NCBI GenBank assembly: GCA_030167865.1
Contig: JALAGF010005623.1
Span: 1 to 42,551 of the forward strand
Length of the DNA: 42,551 bases
Direction: 5' to 3'
Source: Craspedostauros australis
Lineage: Eukaryota
Positions 12,081 through 24,190 of this stretch are shown piece by piece; the first letter of the stretch is position 1; the number at the start of each line of letters is the position of its first letter. The position numbers and the translations under genes were made by a program. The notes below the pieces were generated by a model. That model worked only from the letters and a program-made list of their open reading frames with translations. It was not told where the DNA came from and did no database searches.

Positions 12081-13208
12081 CTATCGCTCCATCCGGATCT
12101 TCAGCACGTGAATGCGACCAGGATCTTGATATTTTGGATGCAGCACTGCGTTTGGCATGAACTCCACCTTCAGTCGCAACGATGCAGCTGCTTCGAAAAA
12201 GGCCGAACAGTCGAACCTTTCTTCGTAACAAACGATCGCCATCACGTTACCTCCATCGTCGCTATCATTCATGACAAAGGACTCCGTCGTGCGCAGCAAC
12301 TTCAGAATCGTTTTCGCCAACGGCCTCAGCAGATCGCTGGCGAATGGCAAGAAAATGTCCGTGCCGACGATCAGGATCGTCTTTTGTTGCTGCGTACCCT
12401 GACACGATCGTCGCAATTGCTGCTCCACCAGCGCAGGTGAATCATCGTCAGTCCAATCCAGCGGAACGGCGCAGATTGCGTCCGTCGCGGAACAAGACAA
12501 TCCGTTCAATGCCACGTTGTCTTCGATCAACTCCAAGTTGGGCTTGAGGTCTGTCATGATGACGTGCTGCGCATGCAAGCATTTGTGACAGTACAGCCCC
12601 AATGCACCCGTACCAGAACCAAGCTCGATGATTGCTGTCCGTCGCAGCTCTGCCTCAACATCAATTGTTATGGGCGGTGACGACGGGTTGGGCGACAGCA
12701 GCTGTTGCCAAAACTGGATTCTGGGGAATGCATGCGCCATCACCAACGCTGAATCCCACAAGTCTGATCCAGTGGAGTGCTTACGATGCTCCAATTGCAC
12801 CGTGACGCCATCGTTGATCTTGCTATTGCCGTTGGGATTGTCACCCCCGTCCCGCTCGCAGTTTTGATCCAATCGACGCAAAGTGAACGTGGTGATGTTC
12901 TTGTCGATCTGTTCCTGGAAGTTGGGGATTCCCCATTGTCGTTCCTTCCGAACGCGCTGGCTCGTGGCGACGCTGCTTGATGCTGGTCGCTCACTCGTCA
13001 AGCAGTCGTCGCCCAGTGATGCGAATGGATCTTCCTCCTCGTCTTCATTTTCTTCGTCGTCTGCTCCTTCTTCTGTCTGACCTTTGCTTGTCTCGTTCAT
13101 GATCTCTCTTGAGCAACCGTCATCACCATCCCCATCTCCATCATCGACATGAATAACGACATCGACGGCGGACTCATCATCAAAGGTGGTGCTTGGCATG
13201 GGAGTCAT
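12081..13208 (-). CDS. SAM-dependent methyltransferase, Methyltransf_16/METTL21-like (putative protein lysine MTase)
   Basis: Motifs STGSDLWDSALVMA, IIELGSGTGALG (motif I), VIMTDL, PLDW and IVGTDI after an acidic N-terminal extension. First ATG at 13208. Confidence 0.85.
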   Translation of the reverse strand: MTPMPSTTFDDESAVDVVIHVDDGDGDGDDGCSREIMNETSKGQTEEGADDEENEDEEEDPFASLGDDCLTSERPASSSVATSQRVRKERQWGIPNFQEQIDKNITTFTLRRLDQNCERDGGDNPNGNSKINDGVTVQLEHRKHSTGSDLWDSALVMAHAFPRIQFWQQLLSPNPSSPPITIDVEAELRRTAIIELGSGTGALGLYCHKCLHAQHVIMTDLKPNLELIEDNVALNGLSCSATDAICAVPLDWTDDDSPALVEQQLRRSCQGTQQQKTILIVGTDIFLPFASDLLRPLAKTILKLLRTTESFVMNDSDDGGNVMAIVCYEERFDCSAFFEAAASLRLKVEFMPNAVLHPKYQDPGRIHVLKIRMER

Positions 13209-13342
13209 GATCTCTTCCTGCAACTATTGACGAAGTGCTTGTGCGCATGTCCTGTGGCCAGGGAGTCCAACTTGAACTTGCGTTCGTTTGTTTCGCCTTC
13301 TCGCGCGTCTCGCTGGATTCAATCAAAGAAGGCTAATCCCAG

Positions 13343-13352
13343 ATGACGTCAC
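13343..13352. promoter_or_regulatory. CRE/bZIP-type palindrome (ATGACGTCAC) in a divergent promoter
   Basis: TGACGTCA at 13344-13351, between the head-to-head MTase and BT1 starts. Function is inferred. Confidence 0.35.
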
Positions 13353-13687
13353 ATTTGTGCCAAACATGAATGAATGAAAACAACACGACTAGTCAAGCGA
13401 GTCTAGCGTCCGTCGGAGACTCAATCAGTCCCGTCACAGAATGATGAGCCACAACAAAACACGTCACAAAATCTTGGGAAAACTGAGCAAAACAACAAGA
13501 GTCGAACAAACGCAGAAACACCGAATCGCGACAGAAAGATGACGATGACGATGGCGTCAACACCCACTCCATCATTCGCGTTCAATGTGTACGCGTACGA
13601 TACTCTTCCGCATCTCCATCATCACAATACGGGAAGAACGATTGCGTCATCAAGCCCTTGTAAACACCGAAATCACCGTCGATCAAG

Positions 13688-15523
13688 ATGAGATATAGTT
13701 TCGGATTGACGACGCTTGTCGGCATCCTCTGGGTGGGCAGGTTGTTTCCGTTGTTCATCGGAAATGATCCAGCATCATTCGTCGCAGCATTCGCACCACC
13801 GACACCCCTCGCAGCGCAGAGACGGCAATGGCAGCTGCACGATAGATCGCAACATTCACGTGGAAACAAGCGATCAAGGACGACGTGGATTAAGTTGCAA
13901 TCCACAACGGAGTCTTCTACTGTGTCGGAGGATACGGATTCTGCAAAGGAGCCAGCATCAGCAACGACAAAGGTCAACGGTGACAACGCCAAGGCCATCA
14001 CGCAGCTCGCATTGGACGAGTCCATGACAACGACAGTATCAGCAACAGATGCGCCACAAGCATCATCCATCCGCCAATGGTTTCAAAAGAATGTATTCCT
14101 GGGCATCGATCCCACGCCCGATGTCATTGCCATCGCCACCATCTACTTCGTGGAGGGCGCCTTGGGTTTGGCGCGATTGGCGCAGACCTTTTTGCTAAAG
14201 GATGAACTGCATCTGGGACCTGCCGAATTGTCGGCACTCACGGGTCTCTTCGCCTTGCCGTGGACCATCAAGCCCATTTACGGGTTCATCAGCGATGGAT
14301 TTCCGCTGTTCGGCTCCAAACGCCGTTCCTACCTCATCCTGGCAGGCCTCGTGGGTTGCGCATCGTACACGCTGCTGGGCAACGGGTACTTCGGATTGAT
14401 CGAGGGACAGCAGAACATGATCGCGGCCACTGTGGCGTCGTGCATCGTGAGCAGCGCTTGCATCGCCTTTTCGGACGTCGTTGCGGATGGAATCGTCGTG
14501 CAAAAGACGAGAGATTCGGACGATCCTTCCATCGCGGGTGGCTTGCAATCCTTGTGCTGGGGCAGTGCGGCGATTGGAGGTTTGCTCAGCGCCTACTTCT
14601 CCGGTTCCTTGCTGGAAGTCATGAAACCGCAACAGGTGTTTGGTATTACAGCCGTTCTGCCGCTCATCGTTGCCATGATCGCGTTGTTGATCGAAGAACC
14701 GAAGATGGCCGTGGTGGGCGCGGGTGCTGCTGCACCAAATGGTTCTGGTTCCGATGCAACGTTGGGCGCAATCGATGTCAATGTCAATGGGGACAGCAAC
14801 ATCATCAACAACAGCAGCAGCAACAACGAGAGTGCGGTTGCTGGCGTCCAGCAGCAGGTTGATTCGCTGTGGCAGGCCATCAAGCAGCCGGCGATTTACA
14901 AACCGGCTCTCTTTTTGTTCCTGTGGCAATCCACGCCCACAAGCGATGGTGCGTTCCTCTTCTTCATGACGAACGAGTTGGGATTCGGGCCAGAATTCTT
15001 GGGCCGCGCCAGGTTGGTCTCCGCCGCAGCCGGTTTGTTCGGTGTCTGGCTGTACAACCAGTACCTCAAGGACAAGCCCATCAAGGACATCCTGCTGTGG
15101 TCCTCCATTGTGAGCGCACCGCTGGGCATGACGTCTCTGCTCCTCATTACGCACGCCAACCGGGCCCTTGGCATTCCGGATGGCGCGTTCATTCTGGGAG
15201 ACGACGTCATCCTGTCCATCCTCGGTGAGCTCGCCTTCCTGCCGACCCTCGTGCTGGCTGCGCGGCTGTGCCCGCCGGGCATCGAAGCTGTTCTCTTCGC
15301 GACGTTGATGAGCATCAACAACGGCGCCGGGACGTTGGGAACGGAGATCGGCGCGGTCCTGACGAAGGCGCTGGGTGTGACGGAGAGCAACTTCGACAAC
15401 CTCGCGTTGCTGACGGTGATTTGCAATCTCACGTCGCTGTATCCGCTGTTCTTCATCGGCTGGTTAGATGGCGTGGGATCGAAGTCGGAGGAGGAGATCG
15501 AGGCGGAGGCGATGGAGAAATAG
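13688..15523 (+). CDS. Folate-biopterin transporter (BT1/FBT family, MFS), probably plastid-targeted
   Basis: IYFVEGALGLARLA, LPWTIKPIYGFISDGFPLFGSKRRSY, FSDVVADGIVV, LQSLCWG and LAARLCPPGIEAVLFATLMS are FBT-family motifs. N-terminal signal is followed by VAA-FAP and a Ser/Thr/Arg-rich transit region. Confidence 0.92.
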   Translation: MRYSFGLTTLVGILWVGRLFPLFIGNDPASFVAAFAPPTPLAAQRRQWQLHDRSQHSRGNKRSRTTWIKLQSTTESSTVSEDTDSAKEPASATTKVNGDNAKAITQLALDESMTTTVSATDAPQASSIRQWFQKNVFLGIDPTPDVIAIATIYFVEGALGLARLAQTFLLKDELHLGPAELSALTGLFALPWTIKPIYGFISDGFPLFGSKRRSYLILAGLVGCASYTLLGNGYFGLIEGQQNMIAATVASCIVSSACIAFSDVVADGIVVQKTRDSDDPSIAGGLQSLCWGSAAIGGLLSAYFSGSLLEVMKPQQVFGITAVLPLIVAMIALLIEEPKMAVVGAGAAAPNGSGSDATLGAIDVNVNGDSNIINNSSSNNESAVAGVQQQVDSLWQAIKQPAIYKPALFLFLWQSTPTSDGAFLFFMTNELGFGPEFLGRARLVSAAAGLFGVWLYNQYLKDKPIKDILLWSSIVSAPLGMTSLLLITHANRALGIPDGAFILGDDVILSILGELAFLPTLVLAARLCPPGIEAVLFATLMSINNGAGTLGTEIGAVLTKALGVTESNFDNLALLTVICNLTSLYPLFFIGWLDGVGSKSEEEIEAEAMEK

Positions 15524-15809
15524 AACTAATACAACTATGCATGGATAGGTTTGCATCCACTCTTGCTTGTCGTCCACCAGCCGAGCTATCTCAAGCACTT
15601 CTCGCCATGAAAGCCACACCAAAGACCCCATTTGTCTACTCCTATCTGTTCGATTCAACTGAAACCATTCTTCTTTATTGCGCTTTTACTTGAGTTATCG
15701 TGTCGGTATCGCTGTCGTTGTCATCGTTGCTGGCGCGTAGACGCTGAACTTGCTGCCTTCGAAGTCAGCAAGGGCTGCTGAAAGTTGCCTTCATCGTGAC
15801 GATTGCTGC

Positions 15810-18613
15810 TTACTCGGCTGGGGTGTAACCAGTGGTGAAGGCCTCGGCAATGTCGTGCATGGATTGCTCAGCGGACTCGGTGAGGACGTATCCGGAATCA
15901 ACGATTTCCTTGAGGACCTTGGAGTGGGCGGTCTTGACGTGGGCAAGGAAGGCGGCCTCGAAGGCCTGGATCTGGTCGACGTCGATGCGGTCGCAGTATC
16001 CCTTGACACCGATGAAGAGGGAGGCGACGACCTCCTCTGGCTCGTATGGCTCGTACTGGCCCTGCTTGAGGAGCTCGTACAGACGGACTCCACGGTTGAG
16101 CTGCTGCTGGGTGGCGGCATCAAGGTCGGAACCGAACTTGGCGAAGGCAGCGACCTCACGGTACTGGGCGAGCTCGAGCTTCATGGTACCGGCGACGGCC
16201 TTAGTGGCCTTGTACTGGGCGGCGGATCCGACACGGGACACGGAGAGACCGACAGAGATGGCTGGGCGCTGTCCCTGGTAGAAGAGCTCGGACTCCAAAA
16301 AGATCTGTCCATCAGTGATGGAGATCACGTTGGTTGGGATGTAGGCGGACACATCTCCGGCCTGGGTCTCGATGACTGGAAGGGCGGTGAGCGAACCTCC
16401 TCCGTTGGAGCGGTGCATCTTGGCGGCACGCTCCAAGAGACGGGAGTGGAGGTAGAAGACATCACCTGGGTAGGCTTCGCGGCCGGGTGGGCGACGGAGG
16501 AGGAGGGACATCTGACGGTAGGCGACGGCCTGCTTGGACAAGTCATCGTAGAAGATCACGGCATGCTTGCCGTTGTCGCGGAAGAACTCTCCCATGGCGG
16601 CTCCGGTGTATGGGGCGAGGAACTGGAGTGGGGCGGAGTCGGAAGCGGTGGCGGCGACGATGATGCAGTTGTCCATGGCGCCACGCTCATCGAGCTGTCC
16701 GACGAGCTGGGCGATGGTGGATCGCTTCTGTCCGACACCGACGTAGATGCAGGCAAGAGGCTCCTTCTTGGTCTTTTGGTTGATGATGGTGTCAATGGCG
16801 ATGGCGGTCTTTCCGGTCTGACGATCACCGATGACAAGCTCACGCTGTCCACGTCCGATTGGGATGAGGGCGTCGACGGCCTTGAGTCCGGTAAGCATTG
16901 GCTCGGAGACGGACTCTCTTGGGATGATGCCTGGGGCCTTGGCCTCAGCACGGGAGCGCTTGCAGGAGTCGAGGGAGGCTCCTTCGTCGATTGGCTGACC
17001 GATACCGTCAACGACGCGTCCGAGGAGCTCCTCACCGACTGGGACGTCGACGATGGCTCCGGTACGCTTGACGGTGTCACCCTCAAGGATGTCACGATCA
17101 TCTCCGAAGATGACAACTCCGACGTTGTCCTCCTCCAAGTTCAGGGCCATACCGCGGAGACCGCAGGCAAAGACAACCATCTCTCCGGCCTGGACGTTGG
17201 AGAGTCCGTAGACACGGGCGATACCATCTCCGACGGAGATGACGGATCCGGTCTCGGCGTACTGGACGGTGGTGTCCTCGGCTCCGGCGATGGCACCGAT
17301 CTTGCTCTCAAGGAAGCTGGAGAGCTCGAGGGTTTGGCTGGCCATGCCTCGGGTGGTGGTGAGGGCAGTGCGGCGGGCGGCCTAACGGGTTTGAAACCGA
17401 TCATTCATATTTGCAGTAGCACATTCAGTCCAGTCCAGTCCAGTGCAGTCAAGCCAAGTCACGGCATAGCACAATCCACATTATCGTGTGTTGTACCAGG
17501 CACGTATACAAATGCACGGAAATGCAGACAGTGTGGATGGAGTGAAGCGGAGTCCGCACCAATTGGTTTTGACGTGTTGACGCGGTTGGTTCGATTGTTC
17601 ACCATATGATTTGGTTGCGTTGCCGACACATTGTTTGATGGCAGGTGTGATGGGTGTGTTCCATGCAATGCAATGTGTTGCCGAGGAAGGTGTCCCAGCA
17701 CGTGAATGATTGGTTCGTTTGTTGATTGGTTGAAGTTCATCGGCAAATTCGTGGTTTACGTTTTGTCATCCGGCCAACGTATGTTGGATGGGTAGCGTGT
17801 TGGATGTTTCGTTCATGACCATGGCGTCGGCAAGACGGTATGGCAGCATCGTTGGGTAGGCGATGCAGCGTAACGTTGCACGCATTTGGTGTGTGTTCAT
17901 GCACAAGGTCATGGACATGGACATGCACAAAGTGCGAGAGTGGAAGAGAGAAGCGACAAGACAAGTGAGCCGATGACGTCGGATGGCGTATTCATGGGTT
18001 GAGCATGCCAATAGTCGTGCACGGCTCTTGTTGCACTGATAGCGTCGATGGATGGTAGATCGGGCAGGACTCGCTCGACATCTCATGGTAGGTGCGGCTG
18101 TGGAGTTCGTGGAAGGTCATCTCTGGGGTACCATCGGCAACCGACCGAATCTTCTGGATGACATGAGGCACTCCAAAATGACGCGGCATTGGATGTCCAC
18201 CAGCGGCATCATGACCTTTCCAGACTGCAACAGCATACGGCCGTCCATAGATAGAGAGATAGATAGAGATCTGCATGCATTCTCTCTTGCTCTTGGGTCT
18301 TCCATAAAGACGTAAGGCTCTGTCTAGCGCCGTTCCCAAAGCGAAAGATTTCATGTCGCTTGCCCGTGTATCGCTGCCGCCCCCAACAACCTCTCTGTCA
18401 GTACCACGAAAAAACCAACGTCATCACGCAAGGCACGAGTAATCGCGCGCAAATGCACTCTGCGACGCATCTTGGTGGTTCCTGCGAAGACCATGTGCAT
18501 GTTGCAGTGTCTTCGCCATCGTCTTCCTCCTTCGATCTGCAGCAACGTACCTGTGCGGCGGTGGCAAGAGCCACACGCTTGGCAACGGTGGAGACAGCGG
18601 ATCGGAGTGCCAT
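15810..18613 (-). CDS. ATP1: Mitochondrial F1-ATP synthase alpha subunit, nucleus-encoded; exons 18613-18551 and 17381-15810
   Basis: GDRQTGKT Walker [44 protein letters not shown] and [13 protein letters not shown]. Presequence [27 protein letters not shown] splices in phase 0 to [18 protein letters not shown]. The catalytic exon is certain; exon 1 linkage is inferred. Confidence 0.95.
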
Positions 18614-21337
18614 GGTTGAGTGCTATTTGTGGACGATGGCCAGTTTGTTGTTGGCTGTTTGAGGCCGTTTGGCTGCGCTGGTTTTGCTGCTTGGCACTCT
18701 CGTTGGTCTCCTTGCTGTTCATGTTGTTCGTGCGGCTCACAGAGCACACAAGCAGCAAACACCACGTGACAGCGGTTGGCTTGGATCTTGGCGACAACAA
18801 AGCATTGCCGTTGTTGCTCGTGTGCCACGAAGGTAGGTGCATTCCTACGGAAATCTGGGTACTGCGAACTCTGTGCGGGTGATGGACACGCGTTGGCGTT
18901 GTGCCTCCTGCGTTGCTGGCGACGCACCGCCACACCCAGACGGAATTCTGCGAAACGGAATCTGATCTATTGATTGGATCAATTCGAATAGAATGACTAT
19001 TTCAGCACCATTTGGTCATCCGAGATTCCATTCTCTTCGCTACTTGACGACGTTTTAATCGCATGGGTCATAGTGAGAATGAAAACCGATCACGCAACAA
19101 ACAAGACACATCACGAAATACTCGCAATTTCTTCGTGGGGGTACTCGCGTGATGTTGTGTTGTCCAAGATGAAGCCGAAGTACAAGGCTCGCCCCAATAC
19201 GCTGTTGTGGGCACCTCTCTTTCTCTTTCTCTCGCTTTCTCATCGTATCAAACACGATGGGAATGGGCAAAGCATGAACGCAAAGGTCGAATGGTGTATT
19301 CTCTTCTCCAATACTAGCAATCGTCTCCTGCAAGACTCGAGTAGACCGACAGTTTCATTTTCGGTTGATCGCAATGCTTCGCGAACTTTGAACCTGATCT
19401 CGAACATGTGAAGCATGTGTTCGTCCCGATGAGGATACGCGTACTGAGATGAAGGCGAGCATCCTGTGTTCGTCTCCATCCCGCAAGATCCCTTCGTTTT
19501 GCCGCACCTCTCGTTGACGATAGAGATGGCAACAGATTGTCGATGTGAGTTCAAGATGAAGTGCCAACGAGTAATCAGTTTCTTGACTACACACCAACAC
19601 TCGCTCTCTCTCTTTCTCTCTCTTTCCTTTTTGACACTCCAACAGAGACATCGATCCATCACAGACAAAGACAGAGGCGAAGACGACCCCAAACAAAGAC
19701 TCCAGAACAACGCAGAAGAGCGAAGAAAGCACGATTGGTGTGGTCCTGGAAACAGAAGCTGCCTGGTTCGGCCTCGGACGCCGGTGCTGACTTTTTGGAG
19801 GGAAAACGGGAAAAGTGACATCAAGAGAGGAGCGCGCGAAGGTGGATGATGTTTTCTGTCCTTCTCGATCCACACACCATGCCCACCCGCAGACTGTTTC
19901 TCTGCGAGCAAGAGGCTTGCGCTTGTTTCTCCTTGACTTGGTCTGTCTCTCGTCATTGCCGTCGCTGAGCATTGGCGTCGCCATCGCTGTTCTGGATGCT
20001 CGTAGAGTACTATTCTATCTTGCCCATGTCGTCACTTGTCCCCATGTCGCCGTTGTGGCTCGTGTCCATGCGGCTGCTTCGATTGCCGATCGTGTTGTTT
20101 ACGTCGCCAACAGCAGAATAACGGCGAATCGATCATCCCAAACATTCGCAGGAAAGAGAACAGCAACTCCAACCCAACAAACAAAATGAACTGCGTCAGC
20201 CCATCAGGATTCCATCCGTGTCTAAGATTTGCATCGGTGGAGGGATTGGTGGGAGTTGCCGCCAGGCGATGCGCAGTATCCGAAGGAGAAGTCTTGGGTG
20301 CGGAAGCGACGCGATTGCACTGCATGCACATGATGTGTGTTGGTTTCCGTTCAAACCAAAAAAGTGCGCGTTGACAGATTGCGAACGGAAGTGTGAACAG
20401 AACAGTGCAGCCAAAGAAACGCAAGTGGATTCTACAGCAAATTACTGCGTCAACGGATAGCGCACTTCCAACGGGTGTGCATCGTAACGTCAACGGTGTG
20501 AGTAGACGATGTATCCCTAGCGTGAATTTCATGTATTGAGTTGTACTTAATGAATCTTCGCAAGCTATTTACGCTTTGGAGGATAATACACACATGTTTA
20601 CATTTTTTCTCGTCTCCTCCGTTGCGCACCTGTCGGAGGCATGACAAAGCACTGAGTATCGGAAAAATTAAATTTGTTCGAACAACGCTGAAGGGATGCC
20701 TTGTGGCCAAAGAAGTTGAGTTGCAACCCTCATGTCGCGTTGCTTTGTGCGGTGCAGTTGCCATCATGGTGGTCATCGACATCGTTAGTGCTGTTGTTAC
20801 TGTTGTTGCCAGTGTTCTCTTCCTCCTTGTGTCGTGATTGTCGCTACGATCATCACGGATGGACATTCCATCATCACGACAGCCACAATCACATTCGCGT
20901 TCACAATCACAATCACAATCATCGACGAGCCGCACATGCACAACAGTCTACTTCTTGTCTCTACTCACACATTGGATCCATTGAGCTTACGGAAAGACGC
21001 AATCGCAAACGCATACAAAGGCAATAACATCATTGTCACCGTCACCATCATCGCATCACCAAGAAGACTGTGACGGAGTTCTATTGCATCACATCGCATC
21101 GAGGAACCGGAGACTTCATACCACAGCAGAGTATTGGTGGAATCGTTTGAATTTGAAACGATACCGATCGTCCCCAAGTCAGCCCAGCCCAGCTCACGCG
21201 GGATCACACACAACGCGCACCCATTGCGCCAAGAAGAGTCACGCAGTGCTTGACGAGAACAAAGAGGACCAAGAATACCATACTCTGCATACTCTGCACA
21301 CTCTGCATAATCCAGAATACTCCTCTCACACGACACC

Positions 21338-23820
21338 ATGAGATCGTTCCTGAGACTGCCACCGGCCTTCTGGCTGATGCTGATTGCCAGTAACAGCAAG
21401 AACAATGGCAATGGCAACAACGGCGCAATGCTGGTGGACGCAGCCCGAGTGCGCGTTCCCAGCCGCTTCCTGCAGCCTGGCAACATTGCGGACATGGACA
21501 ACCTGGACTCCATCCTGGATCACAGAGATCCCACCGTGGTGAGCACAGAAACAGCGCAGAGCGCTCCTGGCGTTGGAACCACAGACGATGGATCCGTCAT
21601 CTCCGGTTCCACAGGCAGCGGGGGTTCCACCGCAGGCTCTCTGCCCGTCGCGTCTTGGCAGCGCAATGGCGATGACACGACGTGGACCGTTCGAAGGAAG
21701 AGCCCCAAGTCCGCAGGCACCAAGAACTCCAAGTCCGCTTCTGCGACGATCACCTCGTCCGGCGATCTGGTGGACTGCGACTACGATTCTGATGGTTACA
21801 ATGCCACTGACACCAACACCACGGACACCAGCAACACCAACACGGGCAACACCAACACTGCCAAAGCCACCAGCCAGTCCAAAAAGGCGAGCAAGGCACC
21901 TTCCGCAACAAGACGAAGGAAGCTGCGCAGGGAACTGAAGACGGAGGCATCCAAGACGAAGAGCGTCAAGTCCGCCGTTCCAACCAGCAACCCCACAGTG
22001 TCCGCGAAACCGAGCCCGCCGCCAAGTTCGATGCCGACCGCACTGCCGACCACCTCCAGCGCCCCATCGCAGACCTTCAGCCCCACCAGGTCGACCAAGA
22101 CCCCGTCGAAAGACAAGACCAGCAAGGGCAGCAAGAGCGGCGGGAAGGGCGGCAAGGGCAGCAAGAGCCATTGTCCATCACCCACGGGAGCTCCAACCAC
22201 CTCCAGCAAACCCAGCACATCGGACAGCCCATCCTCGACCCCCTCTACGTCAGCACGCCCATCGACTTCGGCACGACCGACCATTTCAGAGCTGCCAACG
22301 TTCAGTCCGACTCTGGGAACCGCCAAGGGACCAACCCTCTCTCCCACCATGTCGGCCAAGCCAACCATCTCGTCGCAACCATCGTCGACCCCGACCGTCT
22401 CAACGCAGCCATCGCAGCCGCCATCCAGCAGCCCATCAGCGAATCCAACCATCTCGGTCCAGCCATCCAACGTGCCCTCCGTGTCTGCCAGGCCTTCCAT
22501 GATCCCAACTGAGACCAACCCAAGCAACGTCGTCAACCCGACCAACCCAACCGACCCAACCGACAACGACATCACCCCACCACCCACAAGAGAACAGTGC
22601 CTCAACGTCCTCTTCGAACGCAACGCACCAAACACGCAGCCGGACACCACCATCGCGCTCAGCATCCAGACCGACTACGACACTGCCACCTTCACGACTC
22701 CAAACGACCTGCAGGATCGGCTCAACCAAGTCGTCGGAGAGACCAGCATCGACGGTGCCGAGCAGGATGTCACGTTCCAGGGCATCATGTCCGCATGGAT
22801 CATGGGATGCGAAGATATGGTCGCCAATGTCACGCAGGAGCTCGAGGATGACATCAACGCGAGGCGTATCCTGCGGGCTCTGCAGGCCACCGACTCCTCC
22901 TTGGGTTACGTGCAGATCTCGCAGTTCGCCACGGACGGTGCGTTTCTCTTTTTGCGGTTGTTCCATTGTTGGGTTGTTTGCTTGCTGTACTCACTTGCGT
23001 GACATTCGATTGGATGATAGATTGTGTAGCCACCGACTGATCCACTCACACTCATATTTTTTCTACTCTCTCTCTCTCTCTCTTCCCATCACTCTGCCAC
23101 TGACCAATCCAACCAACAGGAGCATGCGGACAGCAACCAGCTGACCCCGCCCTTTCCTGCGCCAGAATGCGCACAGAAGTGGATGTCTCCGACAGAGGCC
23201 CAGATGCCACCAACGCCCTCCTCACATCGCGTGTTCTGGAAGCCTTCCAGCAGATCGGCGGCCTCCTGGGACTCTTCGGAATCAAGTTCGACGTCGATGA
23301 ACCTGCGACCGACCCTCCACGAGCAATTGGTGGTACCAACTCCGCAGGTAACGACCGCAGCAATGCCGGACTCATCGTTGGTGCCACCTCCGCTGGTTTG
23401 GCCTTGCTTCTCCTCCTCATCCTCCTCATTCGACGAAACCGCAACTCAGACGACCTGTCGCACCTCCGCCTCGAGGAGGATGACGACTTTGATGAGTTCG
23501 AGAAGGAGATTGGCAAGACGCGCAACGCGCACGTCATCGGAGAGGCCGACTCCATCGTCACCGGCTGGACCGGTTACACAGGCGACCAGAACGGCAGCGA
23601 CGAAGCCTCCGCGATGGGTCTGTTCGGTGCTGGCGGCGACGGACACCTAGGCAGCCCACTAGGCGACGTGCACATTTGCAGCTCAGCAACTTGCGACGTC
23701 TGCGAAAGAAGACGGCAGCAAGGACTCCAGTTCATCCCAGCTAGCACGCCTCCGAGACCGTCCGCCCTGCCGTATGACGCGTCGCGGGACTACACCGCCG
23801 ATGACACCGTCGAGCTATAG
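21338..23820 (+). CDS. Single-pass type I membrane protein with KxxK/Ser-rich and PTS-repeat ectodomain (candidate cell-wall/SDV or adhesion protein, ~766 aa); exons 21338-22937 and 23120-23820
   Basis: Signal-like N-terminus; RXL motifs (RFL, RKL, REL, RIL, RAL); Lys clusters (KDKTSKGSKSGGKGGKGSK); PSxxP repeats; TM GLIVGATSAGLALLLLLILLI-RRNR; cytosolic DVHICSSATCDVC. Phase-1 intron GTGCGT(22938)...AACAG(23119). Confidence 0.8.
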
Positions 23821-24190
23821 AAGCGGGATGACTCAATATCTTTCATATATGGCACTGGGGCATGCTTTGTGTCCATGGATACGATACTCATGTACATATG
23901 GCCCACGGTCACCGTTTCAATCAATCAATCAATGGGCTGGTTGATCAAAATTCGATGTTTGTAAAATACTCTGATACTATCACACGCTCGTACAGTACTC
24001 GTATCATACTCGTAAGTAGGTACTTCTCCTACCTCGTACAATAGTAACTACCATCATTCATAGCACCAGTATCACCACTTTACTGCAGTTTGCTCTCGCG
24101 GTCTACATTATCTGTGGGATGGTTGTGATGAAAGCATACATGCGTGCTATACTACACTCGTTCTCGTACTTTTCGTACATTATCGGTGCA

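Noticed and set aside
15750..17609. 619-aa plus-strand ORF antisense to ATP1
   Set aside because: Antisense shadow caused by strong codon bias in a highly expressed gene; no recognisable motifs.
18700..21300. Several 100-240 aa ORFs between ATP1 and the Lys/Ser-rich gene
   Set aside because: No domain signal or coding-like bias, and they contain CT/CA microsatellites; treated as divergent intergenic/UTR sequence.
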